Origin: the human T2T-CHM13v2.0 reference genome, Homo sapiens | Length of the DNA: 64,000 nucleotides | NCBI RefSeq assembly: GCF_009914755.1 | Contig: NC_060937.1 | Direction: 5' to 3' (one strand) | Part shown: one piece after another, positions 42,431 through 54,580 of the stretch | How the letters are laid out: each line of letters starts with the position of its first letter | Position numbering within the stretch: the first letter of the stretch is position 1 | Notes under the pieces: model-generated | Told to the model about the DNA's origin: nothing | Databases searched by the model: none | The model's input: the letters and a program-made list of their open reading frames with translations, nothing else | Made by a program: the position numbers and the translations under genes

Positions 42431-45400
42431 GCTTGGAAGGAGCAAATGGAGCAAAGTGAGGATGTTCTGGGCCAGAGTTAAGGCCAGTTCAGTGGAGAAT
42501 TAAAGTACATGAGGCTTGAAATGAAAGAATGCGAAATCCCAAACCTATATACCCCACCCCAAAAGAAGAAATGAAAATGAAAGAAAGAAAACTGGAAACT
42601 GAAAGAAGAGTCCAAGGGGCATGATATGCCTCAGGAGCATGGTATGGTCAAGGAGAGGCATCTGAAAGTATCTCTGTAGGTCAATATCAGATACACACTG
42701 AGACATTAAGGGGTGGCAGTAGGTTTGCAACAGAAGGCAACACAAACAGAAAAGGAAAGGGGAAGCAAATAAGGAATAAAAAAAGTGGAATTTATGGAAT
42801 ATATGCAAATGCATTTAAAAAACCCTACCCAGTTAGAGTAAGAAAATGAAAGTTAACCTAAAACAAAAAAAAGAACTCCCCCTTTCTTTCCTAAGCAAAT
42901 AGATTGTTTAAATCACACAGACAGTTAAGCCAAAATGGTTATCTGGTTGCTTCTTGCACACACAATCTTAATTAGCAGTTTTTAACTTGATCTTCGAATA
43001 CATAGGATGAGATTCTGGGGAGGACCAAGTAAAACAAAATGAGTCATAGGTCAGAACCATGCAACTTGTCTGCAGTGGAAAGCAGGATAAAGCAGGTATT
43101 TTCTCTCGGTTGCTTGAAACCACTGGTATAAAGTCATGATGGTTGTATTTGGGAAAGTAAGCAGAGTGGGTGGGTGGCAGATGCCTTCCTCGTTCTTGCC
43201 TCTCTGTGGTAGAGTTGGCAGTGTTCTTTGTATTCTAAACAAAGGGACCAGTACTGCCTTCCTTTGCCTGTGATAGTACCTTAATTCCTCAATGCCAAGA
43301 GATGGCACGGGGGAGCAAAACATAATAAATTACTGATTTGGAAACCAACCAAGATCAAACCTTATTTTCAAGGCAATATGAATGAAAAATAAGCTTTCAG
43401 AATTGAGGCCAATGATTGATGCTTTCGTTCTTTTCATTTTAGCAAATGATTATGTAGTCAAGGCAAAAGCAAATGATACCTAAGTCACCAGCATCCAGGT
43501 AATATATCAGAAAATGCCTTTCCCACCACAATCATTGTCCATGGGATTTCAAAACTGTGGTGCTTCTTGGTCACATTTGAATAGTGTATGGCCTCCAGGA
43601 AAGCATCAGATGTGTTTAAACTACACACACATTGGTTATTGAATATTTTTATTTGAAACTCAAGAGGTAAGACACAGCAGAGAGTCAAATAGGTTTACCC
43701 CCACTTCCTGCCACTTTGCCATTTCACCACTGATAATTCTACATTCCTATGTGAGCACAGCAGGTAGGCACATCCTGTGCAGATGGGTAAATACGCCCAC
43801 ATCTTTGTATTCTCAACACATTTTTCTTCTTTGAGCCCTTTTCCAGAAAGAAGAAAATTTTCCTAGCAATAAGACCTTGGATTACAAGCATTAGAAATGG
43901 AAAAATATTCTGGCTTGATTGCAATGTGATCGCAGTTGAAACTGAAAGAAAGTGGAGGAAGCCGGGTAGGTGGAGGAGGAGAGAGCCCTGTCTAAACCTA
44001 CGGTAGTGCTCACTGTTTAATTCTCCTTACGGGATGCAAACCCTTAAATAAAGGACTCAGACACTGGGCCCTGGAAAACTGGTTTTTGGACACGTCTTGG
44101 TACCTGTCACCAAAGCCTCATATCTTCCATGACATATGGACATTTTAAGATCTGCAAATAAATATGCTGGGCAATAAAAAGACTGCCTGTAAGCTCAGAG
44201 TGGCAAATGGAAAACCCTGGGGGATTTAAAAAAATCCTCATATTAAAGGAGATGGGGCCACACAACCATTCTTTTTTAGTTTGAAAAAGAACCAATGACA
44301 TTTCCTAGAAAAATGGCACTAACCTTTCAATTGGCTACACCCTTTATTCCCCAGGTGCCCCTCCCACACCTGCCCTACTCTTTTTCTATGAAATATGAGT
44401 GAATACAGTTTTCCCTGGAAGTGAATCCTAAGACTAAATTTTGTGCTGCTTATTTCACATGATTTAAAAAAATATTTTTGTGAGCCTTCAATCTTTGAAT
44501 TAGGAAAAAACTGCTTATAAACAGATATGGACACAGTTGATGACATTCTTGGCTCAAAAAATAAGCCTTCTTTCAATCTAGCCCCCGAAATAGTATTTGT
44601 GAGTGATGAATTTTTGGGTAAAGGTACAATTTCCTGTAAATCAATGTACCTTACTTTAGATTTCAATTTAACACACAAAAAACCTTGCCCTTGGAAAACA
44701 AATGGCATACAAATTGCTTATGATCATCATAGGAAAAGGCCATATGTTATTTGCGTAATTTATCTAGACTTTTATTCCTTTTTCACTGGAAACCTGTATT
44801 TCTCAATAATGTTCCAATTAAACTAATACAGCAGAATAAATCTGGGATATCTGTGTTGATAATAAATGGACATAGGCTGATTCTTTGAGCATTTTCACTG
44901 TAGGATGTGACCTAATAAACAAATAACAACAGATGCTTTTAATGATGACATTGCCATCACATGGCTTGCTTTTTCCAGTTTCAGACCTTCTCAGAGCTGT
45001 TTCACTTAATAAAGAGAAGAAAAAACAAGGGCTGCTCACTATGATTGAGGACAAATATGAAGGAGCCAACGTTCAGAAAATCCTTCAGTTTCACCTGTGC
45101 TTCCAGAGCATGGAGTTGAAGCTACTCTCGCTTTTTAGGTGTGTTAGAATAGCACAATTCTGATTCCCCTTGAGAATATTTGTAAAATTGTTGTATGATT
45201 CTGCTTATCTTTTTAAAGTGAATAAGGGCAAAAACATGTTCTTACTTAATGGCTTCTTGTCCTCTCAGAAATAAAATTCCTCACTCCATAAAATTTAGGC
45301 ATTGTTGTTTTCTGTCTCTTAGGAATATCCGAGGCAATTGGGAGCAACATAGAATGCACCAAAGAGAATCTGTTGACTTCGGAGTACTCGCTTGCATCCC

Positions 45401-45800
45401 AGGAGCTGCAGAATCTTGTGCATAGTTCCCAGGGGGCTGGAGAGCAGTAGGTGGTCTTGGAATCCGTAAAGGGAGGGCTCAAATTTTAGGTATAGTGGTG
45501 TTTTCCATTTATGAGGAGAAAACAGGACATGGTCATCAATGAAATTTAGGGAGCTAGTCTTGAACTTCATGTTTCCGTCTTCCAGAAGCGCTGGCTTGGC
45601 GGTCATTTCCTGGGAATTTTATATACTAAGAAACACCTTCCTTTTTCGGTGTAAATAGGATGACGATCTGGGCTCAGGTTTTGAAACTTGTTTCTTTAAT
45701 ATCACATCCTAGCCAAAAGATCTTATTCCATGACTGTTTATGTGACATTTGGTAAGTTATTTTATTTGGTCCTCATTTTTGCCTCCAACAAAATGATGAC

Positions 45801-45897
45801 AATATTTTTTGCCCCAAATAACCTCAAAGGAGTCTTATAACCTCAAAAGAGTCTTATAAAAAATATTTTTTGCCCCAAATAACCTCAAGTGTCTTAT
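45801..45897. repeat. Nested local duplication (61-bp period containing a 19-bp period) inside a MIR-like segment
   Basis: aatattttttgccccaaataacctcaa at 45801 and 45862; ataacctcaaa(g/a)gagtctt at 45818 and 45837. Confidence 0.9.
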
Positions 45898-47814
45898 CTT
45901 GTGTGAAAATAAATAGAAGATCCTATATAGGATTATTTTTATTTCCAATAACATGAATCCCAAGACAAGCATGGTTGCAGTATTTTCTATTTTTGTAGTG
46001 TCCTAGGGTTTATACAGCATTTTTTGCATATGTTAACACAATATTTACAAAATTTCTAGAAAATAAACCAGGTAGATTTTTTTTTTTCATAAATAATGAA
46101 AGGAAGGACCAAAAATGGTTACAGGATTTATTTTACGTCGTGCAATCCCGAGAGAGGGGTTTAAAGTCTGTGATTTATGATAATCGTCAATAGTCTTTCA
46201 CTTCTCTTAGGTGCTAGTTATATCAGATCACACAATTTGTACTTCCTGAGGCAAGTAGGTAAAAAAAAAAAAAGTCTGATTGTAAAGCACAGAAACTATA
46301 GAAATAAGACTGTGACCAGAGGGAGAGAGAGAGAGAAAGAGATCTGAAGTTCTGAAGTAGAGCTTTGGGAGAAGAGCCAGCAGGAATCCTACAGATTTCC
46401 AAATCCTGGCTCCAGTGCCCTCCTGGGGACTTGGGGTATCTTTGCCCTTGGGTTCCAGGACACAGCTTGAAGTCTTACTAATTAATGTAGGATCATAGGT
46501 TCAACGTGCTTACGGTTACCTTTCTATCCAACTGAAACAATTGTTCAAAGTAATTGCCTTCTCAGGCATAGAATTTTACATTCAGCTCTTTAATCCATGC
46601 CGTGTGTCATAAACACAGTGAAGCATTGATGTAATTATGTGGAGGGCAGAGTGAAAATTAAAAGGCGGAAATACGGTCTGGTGGTTAGATTGGCAGACTC
46701 AATGTCAGGAGTTCTGTTTCTGTTTTTGACATGGTCGCTGACTCTGGGGACTCACTTGCTCCGTGGCTCTCTGCTGCCATTTCTAGAGCTCAAGAGACTA
46801 GATCTGTCTCTTACTCAAAGGAGCATCACTTTTGATACCCTGGGACCTCTCTGATAGTACTGGATGTCCTTAAAATGGAAAACTCATAATCCCATGCAGA
46901 GCCAAAGCGAATTTCACAGTTGGCCCATACTTCCCTGTCTGCAAAACAGAGGACAGTGCAGAAGTCATGCTTTTTGGGGCCAATTTCAATTATGAAAATA
47001 AAAATCAACCTACCTTTCATCTTGTGATGTGGTTACCAGCTCAACACAGAGAAAAGTTACCAGAAAACTCAACATGGAGGAAAGCAATGCAGAGGAAAAA
47101 TATTGCGGGGCTGACATTTTTTTTCTGTGTATTTGAATGGAGATTAGCACCCTTCTTTTGAATTCTTTCCTTCTGCTTTTATAGAACAATCCCCCGTCTT
47201 CTGCAACTATGATGTGGCAGTGCTCTGTAGTCCAGACTCCTCTATTTAGGAAAACTTTAGGATTTTCTCATTGGTTAAAAAAAATCAGGGAAGCTCTTAT
47301 TTACAGATGACATGATCACATAGAAAAGCCCCCCAGAAATGAAACGTTCAGATAAAAATCAACAAAACATGTAGAGGATCTTTTTGATGAAAGTTATAAA
47401 ATGCTGATAAATAAAATCAAAGAATATCTAAATAAATGGAGAGACATATTCTGTTCATAGATCGGAAATTTAATATAGTAAAGATGTTAATTCTCCCTAA
47501 ATTGATCATTACATTTAATGCAATTCCTATCAAAATTCTAGCAAAGTGTTTTTTTGTAGGCATACACAACCTTATTCTGAAAGTTGTATTTAAAGATACA
47601 AACCCTGAAATAACTAAAATAATCCTGACAAAGAAGAATAAAGAGGAAGAATCACTCTACCCAATATTAAGGCTAACTATGGAGCTGTAGTGGTTAAAAC
47701 AGTGTGATATTGGCATAGGGATGGACATATGTATCAGTGGCACAGATAGAGAACCCAGAAATATATCCACACAAATATCCTCCTATGATTTTTGAGAAAA
47801 GTGCAAAAGCAACT

Positions 47815-48119
47815 TTTTTGTTTGTTTGTTTCTTTTTGAGACGAATTCTCACTCTGTCACCCAGGCTGGAGGGCAGTGGCCCAATCTTGGCTCACTGCAA
47901 CCTCTACCTCCCAGGTTCAAGCGATTCTCCTACCTCAGCCTCCTGAGTATCCGGGACTACAGGCACCTGCCACCATGCCCGGTTAATTTTTATATTGTTG
48001 GTGGAGACGGGGTTTTGCCATATTGACCAGGCTGATCTCGAACTCCTGACTTCAAGTGAACTGCCCACCTTGGCCTCCCAAAGTGCTAGGATTATAGGAG
48101 TGAGCCACTGCGCCCAGCC
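47815..48119 (-). mobile_element. AluS
   Basis: Full dimer; TSD tgcaaaagc at 47802 and 48120. Confidence 0.93.
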
Positions 48120-48554
48120 TGCAAAAGCGATTTGATGAAAGATAGCTTTTCAACAAATGATGCTGGAGCAACTGAATACCTATAGTTATAAAAGTGGACC
48201 TCAACCTAAACCTAACACCTTATACAAAAATTAACTCAAGTGAAACACTGACTTAAAAATAGAATGTAAAATTACAAAACTTTTAGAAAAAAAACTTCAG
48301 AGAAATCTTCAGAATCTAAAATTAGGCAAAGAGTTCTTAGACTTGATGCCAAAAGTATGATCCATAAAAGGAAAACTGATAAATCAGACTTCATGAAAAT
48401 AAAAAAAACCTTTTGCTCTGCAAAATACCTTATTAACAGGATAAAAAGACAAGCTACAGGCTAGGAAAAAAATATTTGCAAACCGCATATTTGACAAATG
48501 ACTTGTATCTAGACTAGATAGAATACTCTCTAAACTCTAAAGCGAAGAAAACAT

Positions 48555-48866
48555 GGCCGGGTACGGTGGCTCACACCTGTAATCCTAGCACTTTTGGAGG
48601 CCAAGGCAGGCAGATAGCTTGAGCCCAGGAGCTCAAGACCAGGCTGGGCAACATAGTGAAACCCTGTCTCTACAAAAAGTACAAAAATTAGCTGGGTGTG
48701 CTGGCGCATGGCTGTTGTTCCAGCCACCTGGGAGTCTGAGGTGGGAGGATTGCTTGAGCCCAGGTGGTGGAGACCGCAGTGAGCTATGATCATGACACTG
48801 CACTCTAGCCGGGGTGACTGAGTGAGACTCTGTCTCAAACAACAACAACAACAACAATAACAACAA
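48555..48866 (+). mobile_element. AluJ with (AAC)n tail
   Basis: gcttgagcccaggag in the left arm; gggaggattgcttgagcccagg in the right arm. Confidence 0.92.
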
Positions 48867-49446
48867 ATCCAGATATCCCAACTATAGAATAGGCAAAAGA
48901 CATAAACAGACATTTCACTAAAGAGGGCTTACAGGTAAATATAAAAAGATGCTCAGCATGATTAGCTAGGGAAGTGAAAACTAAAACCCAAATGAGATAT
49001 TACTACACACTTACCAGAATGTTTAAAAAAATAGAGACAATACAAAATGAAGGAGGTGAGATTGGATCACTTATACATTGCTAGTGGGAATGTACAGTCA
49101 CCCTGGAAAACAGTTTGGCAGTTTCTTATAAAATGAAGCATTCAATTATCATGTGATCCAGCAATTTCAGTCCTTGACATTTATCCCAGAGAAATGGAAA
49201 TTCATGCTCACACCAAACCCCATATATGAATGTTTATAGCATCTTTATTCATAATAGCCCCAAAATGGAAACAACCCAGGTGTTCTTTGATAGGTGAATA
49301 TTTAAACAAAGTGTGGTACATCAAAGACTTGGAATACTATTCAACAATAAAAAGAAATGAACTATTGATTCACACGACATGGATGAATCTCAAGAGAATT
49401 ATATGGAGAGAAAAAAACCCAGTATTCCAAAAGATTACATACTAAA

Positions 49447-49918
49447 TGTGTTTCTTGTTGCTGCTGTACCAAATTACCACAAACTTAATGGCTGAACTAA
49501 TGCAAATTTATTATCTTATAGTTCTGAAAATCGGGAATCCAAAATCAGTCTCTAAAGTCTTGAAAAATCAAGATGTTGGTAGGGATGGTTCTTTATGGAG
49601 GCTCTAGGGGAGAATCCATTTCCTTGCCTGCTGAGGTTCTAGAGGATGCCTATATTCCTTGGCTTGTGGCCCCTTCCTAGTATCCCTCCAGCCTCTGCTT
49701 TCATCACCACATCTCCTACTATTATATCTCTGAGCTTCCTGCCTCCTTTTTGTCAGGATATTTGTGATTATATTGGACCCACCAAGATAACCCAGGATAC
49801 TCTCCACCTCTTAACGTCCTTCACTTAATCACATCTACAGAGTATCTTTTACCATATAGAATAATGTATTCACAGGTTCTGGGGATTAAGACATGGACAG
49901 GCCATTATTCAGCTATCA
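49447..49918 (-). mobile_element. MLT1B/C-type MaLR LTR
   Basis: aaattaccacaaactta...ggaggctctaggggagaatcc...cacaggttctggggattaagacatggaca. Confidence 0.85.
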
Positions 49919-50444
49919 TGATGCTGCTGGATTCCACTTATGTAGCATTATTATAATGAAAAAATCCCAGAAATGGGGAACAGATGAGAAGTTGCCAGGG
50001 TGCAGGGAGAAGGAGGGTAGGTGTGGTTATAGAAGGGTGACAGAAAGAATCCTCGTGATGTTGAAACTGTTCTGTGTCTTGATTGTGGTGGTGCATACAT
50101 GAACCTACAAGTAGATAAAATTGCATAGAACTAAATACACACACTTGCACAAACACAAATTGGTATAAATATGATGTGAGAAATTTGAATAAGATGGGTG
50201 CATTGAGTCCATGTTAATATCCTGATTGTGATACTGTATGGTTTTGCAAGATGGAGTATAGCCATAGATGTTATTATAGAGGGAAAACTAGGTAAAGGAT
50301 GCATGGGATCTCTTTGTATTATTTCTCAAAACTGCAAGTTAATCTACAGTTATCTCAAAACAGAATGTTTAAAAATCAAACAAAACAAAAAGCCATAGTT
50401 ATTATTATAGAAATGTAATAATACATTGCATTGTTGGAGCCCAA

Positions 50445-50608
50445 CTCCAGCTGGTAGTCAGAATTATTTGGGGGAATGATTCTAAGAATACAGACTCCTG
50501 ACTCCATCTTAGACCTATTTGATTAAAATTGTATGAGATAGAGACCAGGGATCTCCATCTTTAAAAACTTCCCAAGTTACTTATTATCAGTTAGGTTTGG
50601 AAACCACA
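50445..50608. mobile_element. MER5-type hAT MITE
   Basis: tcagaattatttggg...aatacagactcctg...tttaaaaacttccca...ggtttggaaaccac. Confidence 0.6.
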
Positions 50609-53600
50609 ATATTCTATTATGCACCGTTTTTCTGCAAACAGCTTTGCACATAGTACTTTCTGTTTACATAAAATGTCAAGAAGCACATGGCTCCATCTTA
50701 CCAAGCTGATCATAAAGGAATAGATAATTCCTCCATGTATACTCTTTAGGTGGAATTCTGATTAAGAAAATTTGAGTAATTATAGGAGAAACTTGGGACA
50801 CTGAGTTAAAACAATACATTGGGTTGACAATTCATGTCTGAATTAACCTACAGAGAAGATTGTTGTTTTGAGGTTCCCCCTAATAGGAGAGGAGGCTGTT
50901 GTTTGGAGGAGATCCTAGCAGGGAAGGCTGACAGATGTGGACATGAAGAGAGGCCACACAGATTGAAGATGCTCAATGTGCTGCTTTGGAAGTGAAATTT
51001 ACTTTAAAAATTGATAACCCTTCTGCCACGGTACATGATGGTTTAAAGGCTTTGATTATAGCTTTGAGAGTTGGTGTGATGAGAGCTTTCATTTTAAGTT
51101 GCCAAATAGGTGGGAAAAACAAAATATCCAGACACAGAGACTGGAGAATAGATTAAATGGTGATGCAAAGGGCGAAGGTAATTTAAAAACTCTCCTGAGT
51201 GGAGTTTTATATGAAGACACTTGGGAGGCAGTAGAAACATATGTCTCTTAAAAGATAACATATGTCTATTATGCATCTTGGACATAAATAGGTGTTGGAT
51301 GAATAAAGGTAAGAAACTCACAATCTATGGGCCGACACTAGCTCAATTTAATTAATTGGACAATTTTAATTTGGAAACTGTTCCCGAAAAGCAGAGCCTA
51401 TGTCCCATCCCACAAAGTTAATTAAGAAAAAAACCTGACTGGGATAATTTAAGATATACAAGCAATTAAAATTATATGTCATGGAAAGAAATAGTGCAAC
51501 AGGTTCCTATGCAAAAAGCCTGCGTATTCACTAAGAACCAGCCCATACACCAATCGCTGCTTTCCTGGTTGCTGTTTGTTTTCCCATTCCTCTTAGCAAC
51601 AGAAAGGTTTAACATTGAAGGTAAGACAGCCAATATTTGAAACTTCATCAGAAAAATCTATGTGGTGAGGTTATAATCCTGTTACTCATTTTGGGTAGCA
51701 TTTGCTAATGTTTTCCCAGCGTGGAAGGAATAAGTCTTGCTACAGCAACCTATCCCTGCCCAAATCCTCCATGAGCAGAGAAAAGATGCTCTCCTCTGCC
51801 TGTCCGATGCTCATCATGTAGTGAAGGCACCCCCAGGACCGGGACCATTTTCTTAGAGCTGTGGCCTCTGGAATAGAGGGGCAATCACTGGCCATATAGA
51901 GAGAGGAATGAAGAGTTCTCCCAGGCAATTAAGTGATACTAGATAATACTTATTGTGGAAATTAATGGGTCCTTTATCTACCATAATGTGCATCCTCAGG
52001 GTATCTAATACTTATTAATGTTCTTTATATTAATAAAATTTGCTTTTAAAATGTTGTAGCTAGAGTTCTTGAGAAGGGAGCTGTTGCTAGTTTCTTGGGC
52101 TATCAGGGAGGAAAATTATGAAGATATCTGGGGGAGCCAGTAGAAGTGCATGCTTTTGGAAAGCTAACCTTAAGCCCGTTGTGCGTATCTAAGGGAATGG
52201 GAGTTTTGTAGATGGAGGTGAGCAACCAAGAGCCTATGAGGAGATCCTATTTCACTTAATGGTCACAGATGACTGAGAGGTGTCTCAGTTCTGTTTCCTG
52301 GCCCTCAGAGGTCAGGGAGGAGTCACTTTCCCCACAGGAAAATGGGCTTCTCTTAGAGGATACTGGGCTTGGAAACTGGACATTGTAGAGAGCAACGGTG
52401 TGGAGAATAGTCCAATAGCTCCTGGTTCTAGTCCCTGTTAGTGAATCCAAACTGCAGGAACAGAGATGGGGCTGATTCAGCCCAGGAACATCTCATTCTC
52501 TGCCCTCGTGCTATTCCAAGCCCTTCCCTTAACAACCTCACTTAAACCAAATCACTAGTCTGGTCCTAAAAGACTACAAGCTCTCAGCTTCTCAAACTCT
52601 GAAGTTCAATCCTTAATGGATGTCAGCTTTTTAGTGTCTCTTTAGATAACTCTCCGATCAGATCCTCCAGATCTTGGGGGCATAAACCTTATTGTGTATG
52701 GCACCTTGGCACACCCATGTCAGAACATACTAGAGTGGAATGGTGAACCATTAATCAGCTAGCTGAAAAAGGTAAAGAATTTAGATATTGCTGGATATGC
52801 CTACAGTTTCCTGCAGGTGAGCAATCCATACAATACTGTACTTAAAATTCCAATACCATTCTTCTCAGGAGCTTACTAAACATTTTAGGAACTAAGCCAA
52901 CATTATTCTCCCATACCTGCCCTTTCATATCAAAGGGATAAAGGCCAAGATTGCTCCTCCATAGTTTATTGTTACCTTTTCTTTTCCTAGGTCAAGAGCT
53001 TTCTTTGGGCATAAGAAGCTCAACTCAATACCATCACCCCAGTCTCACTTTCCTGAACAACATCTGCACCGTGTCCTTTGGGTGTGAGATAAAGTTTAAT
53101 CAAATCAGTAGAAACTTGGCTGTGACCTGAAATACTAGTCAATGCAAGAATCATGCCCCATCCACCTGGCCTTTTCACTACAGGATTAATGTGTTGAAAA
53201 GACCGAAGACCCTGTGACTCAGATCAGATTTCCTATAAACACTATATTTATTATGGAAATTTTTAATAGACTGGGTATTCTGTTGCTTTGATGTTTAATT
53301 CCATGTCAATAATGGAGGTAGAGAATTAAATGTGTGCTCAGTGACACCTCAAGTCTTTAGCTAGTTTTCATCTCCAATGTCATACTTCTAGTAGATGGCT
53401 GGGTTATGTATCACCACCATTGCCAGGAACTATTCTTTTCATGTTGTTTCCTGATCGTAGGTACACTCTTACATTCAAAAGAGCTTTACCAATGTTTCTT
53501 TCAGCTCCTCTTTCAAATTACTTATTTGATATGGAACAGTCCTGTGAGGGGTATAAGGAACACTCCCTTGGAATGTATGGAATATCATCCTATGGTGGTG

Positions 53601-54017
53601 AAATGTCTCAACGTGTGTAATATTATGCACCTGGGGACTCATGCTTTTGAAAACTGATTATGGCATTTTCTCTGGGACTTTTCAGTCTAGTTTGCATGCT
53701 GAGGTCTAAGTTGATGTCAGCCATGTTAGACGTGCAGTACCAGACCAGAGGGTGGGCACCTCGGCAGCATGAGGTCCCATCAAACCTGGCCCACTTTTCC
53801 CAGACTACCTTACAGTGCTCTTTGCCCACATCTCTGTACGTCCACCCAGACTCTTCTGCTCCCAACACCCTCCTACACCCAGCACTTTCCCACTTCTCTC
53901 TTTCTCTTATATTATTTCATCTTTCCCTTTGCCCATTTAGCAATGTGAGTTACCATGGTTTAGCCTCTGAATGCCAGCTTCTTCAACATTAACACTAGAG
54001 TCAAGTTGTTCTTCCTT

Positions 54018-54580
54018 ATTCATCCAACAAACATTTATTGAGTACCTAGTACTTACCAATTGACGTGCTAGGTTCAGGGTACCCATCGGTGAATAGGCAA
54101 CCATGCTCTCTACTTTGTGGAGCTTTACAGTCTATTGAGGGAGGCAGAAAATAAGCTGGGAGCAAACAAGTAAGTAAGAAAGAATAAGCAAAGAGAGAAT
54201 AATAGGGAGAATGTACTTAGAGAGGGTGGTGAGATTTAAGCTAAGTCCTGAAAAATAAGAAGTCAGGTGTTCTTTGCAAGTGAGAATAGAGACAGGGCAC
54301 CTGGCAGAAGGGACAGCATGTGATGTGATTTGATGCAAGCTTTAAAAACTTGGTCTGGCTGCATGTGATGAGTGCATATGGGAGGAAGACAGGAATTGAA
54401 GTGTGGACACCACCAGGGGGCTATGGAAGTAGTCCAGAAGGAATTGATGGATGGATGAGAATGGTGGCAGTGAAAATCAAGGGAAGTGATGATGTTGGAT
54501 TGGACATAAAGGGTGAGGGACAAGGAGGGGCCAAAGATGGATCATTCCCAGGTTTCAGTCTTGAAAGTTGGGGATGAAGC
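54018..54580 (-). mobile_element. L2
   Basis: attcatccaacaaacatttattgagtaccta...ggagctttacagtcta. Confidence 0.8.

Larger units (their letters stand above)
47290..50375 (+). mobile_element. L1MC-like ORF2 3' part and 3'-UTR, interrupted by two Alus and an MLT1
   Basis: Peptides KFNIVKMLILPKLIITFNAIPIKI and MFIASLFIIAPKWKQPRC; end gggatctctttgtattatttc...aatctacagttatctcaaaa. Confidence 0.88.

Noticed and set aside
44104-44305. Minus-strand exon (catttttctag acceptor, CAG|GTACCA donor)
   Set aside because: Both sites are only moderate and nothing else supports them; this is at chance level
44319-44826. Overlapping antiparallel ORFs of 129 and 99 aa
   Set aside because: No recognisable domain; composition is typical of random AT-rich ORFs
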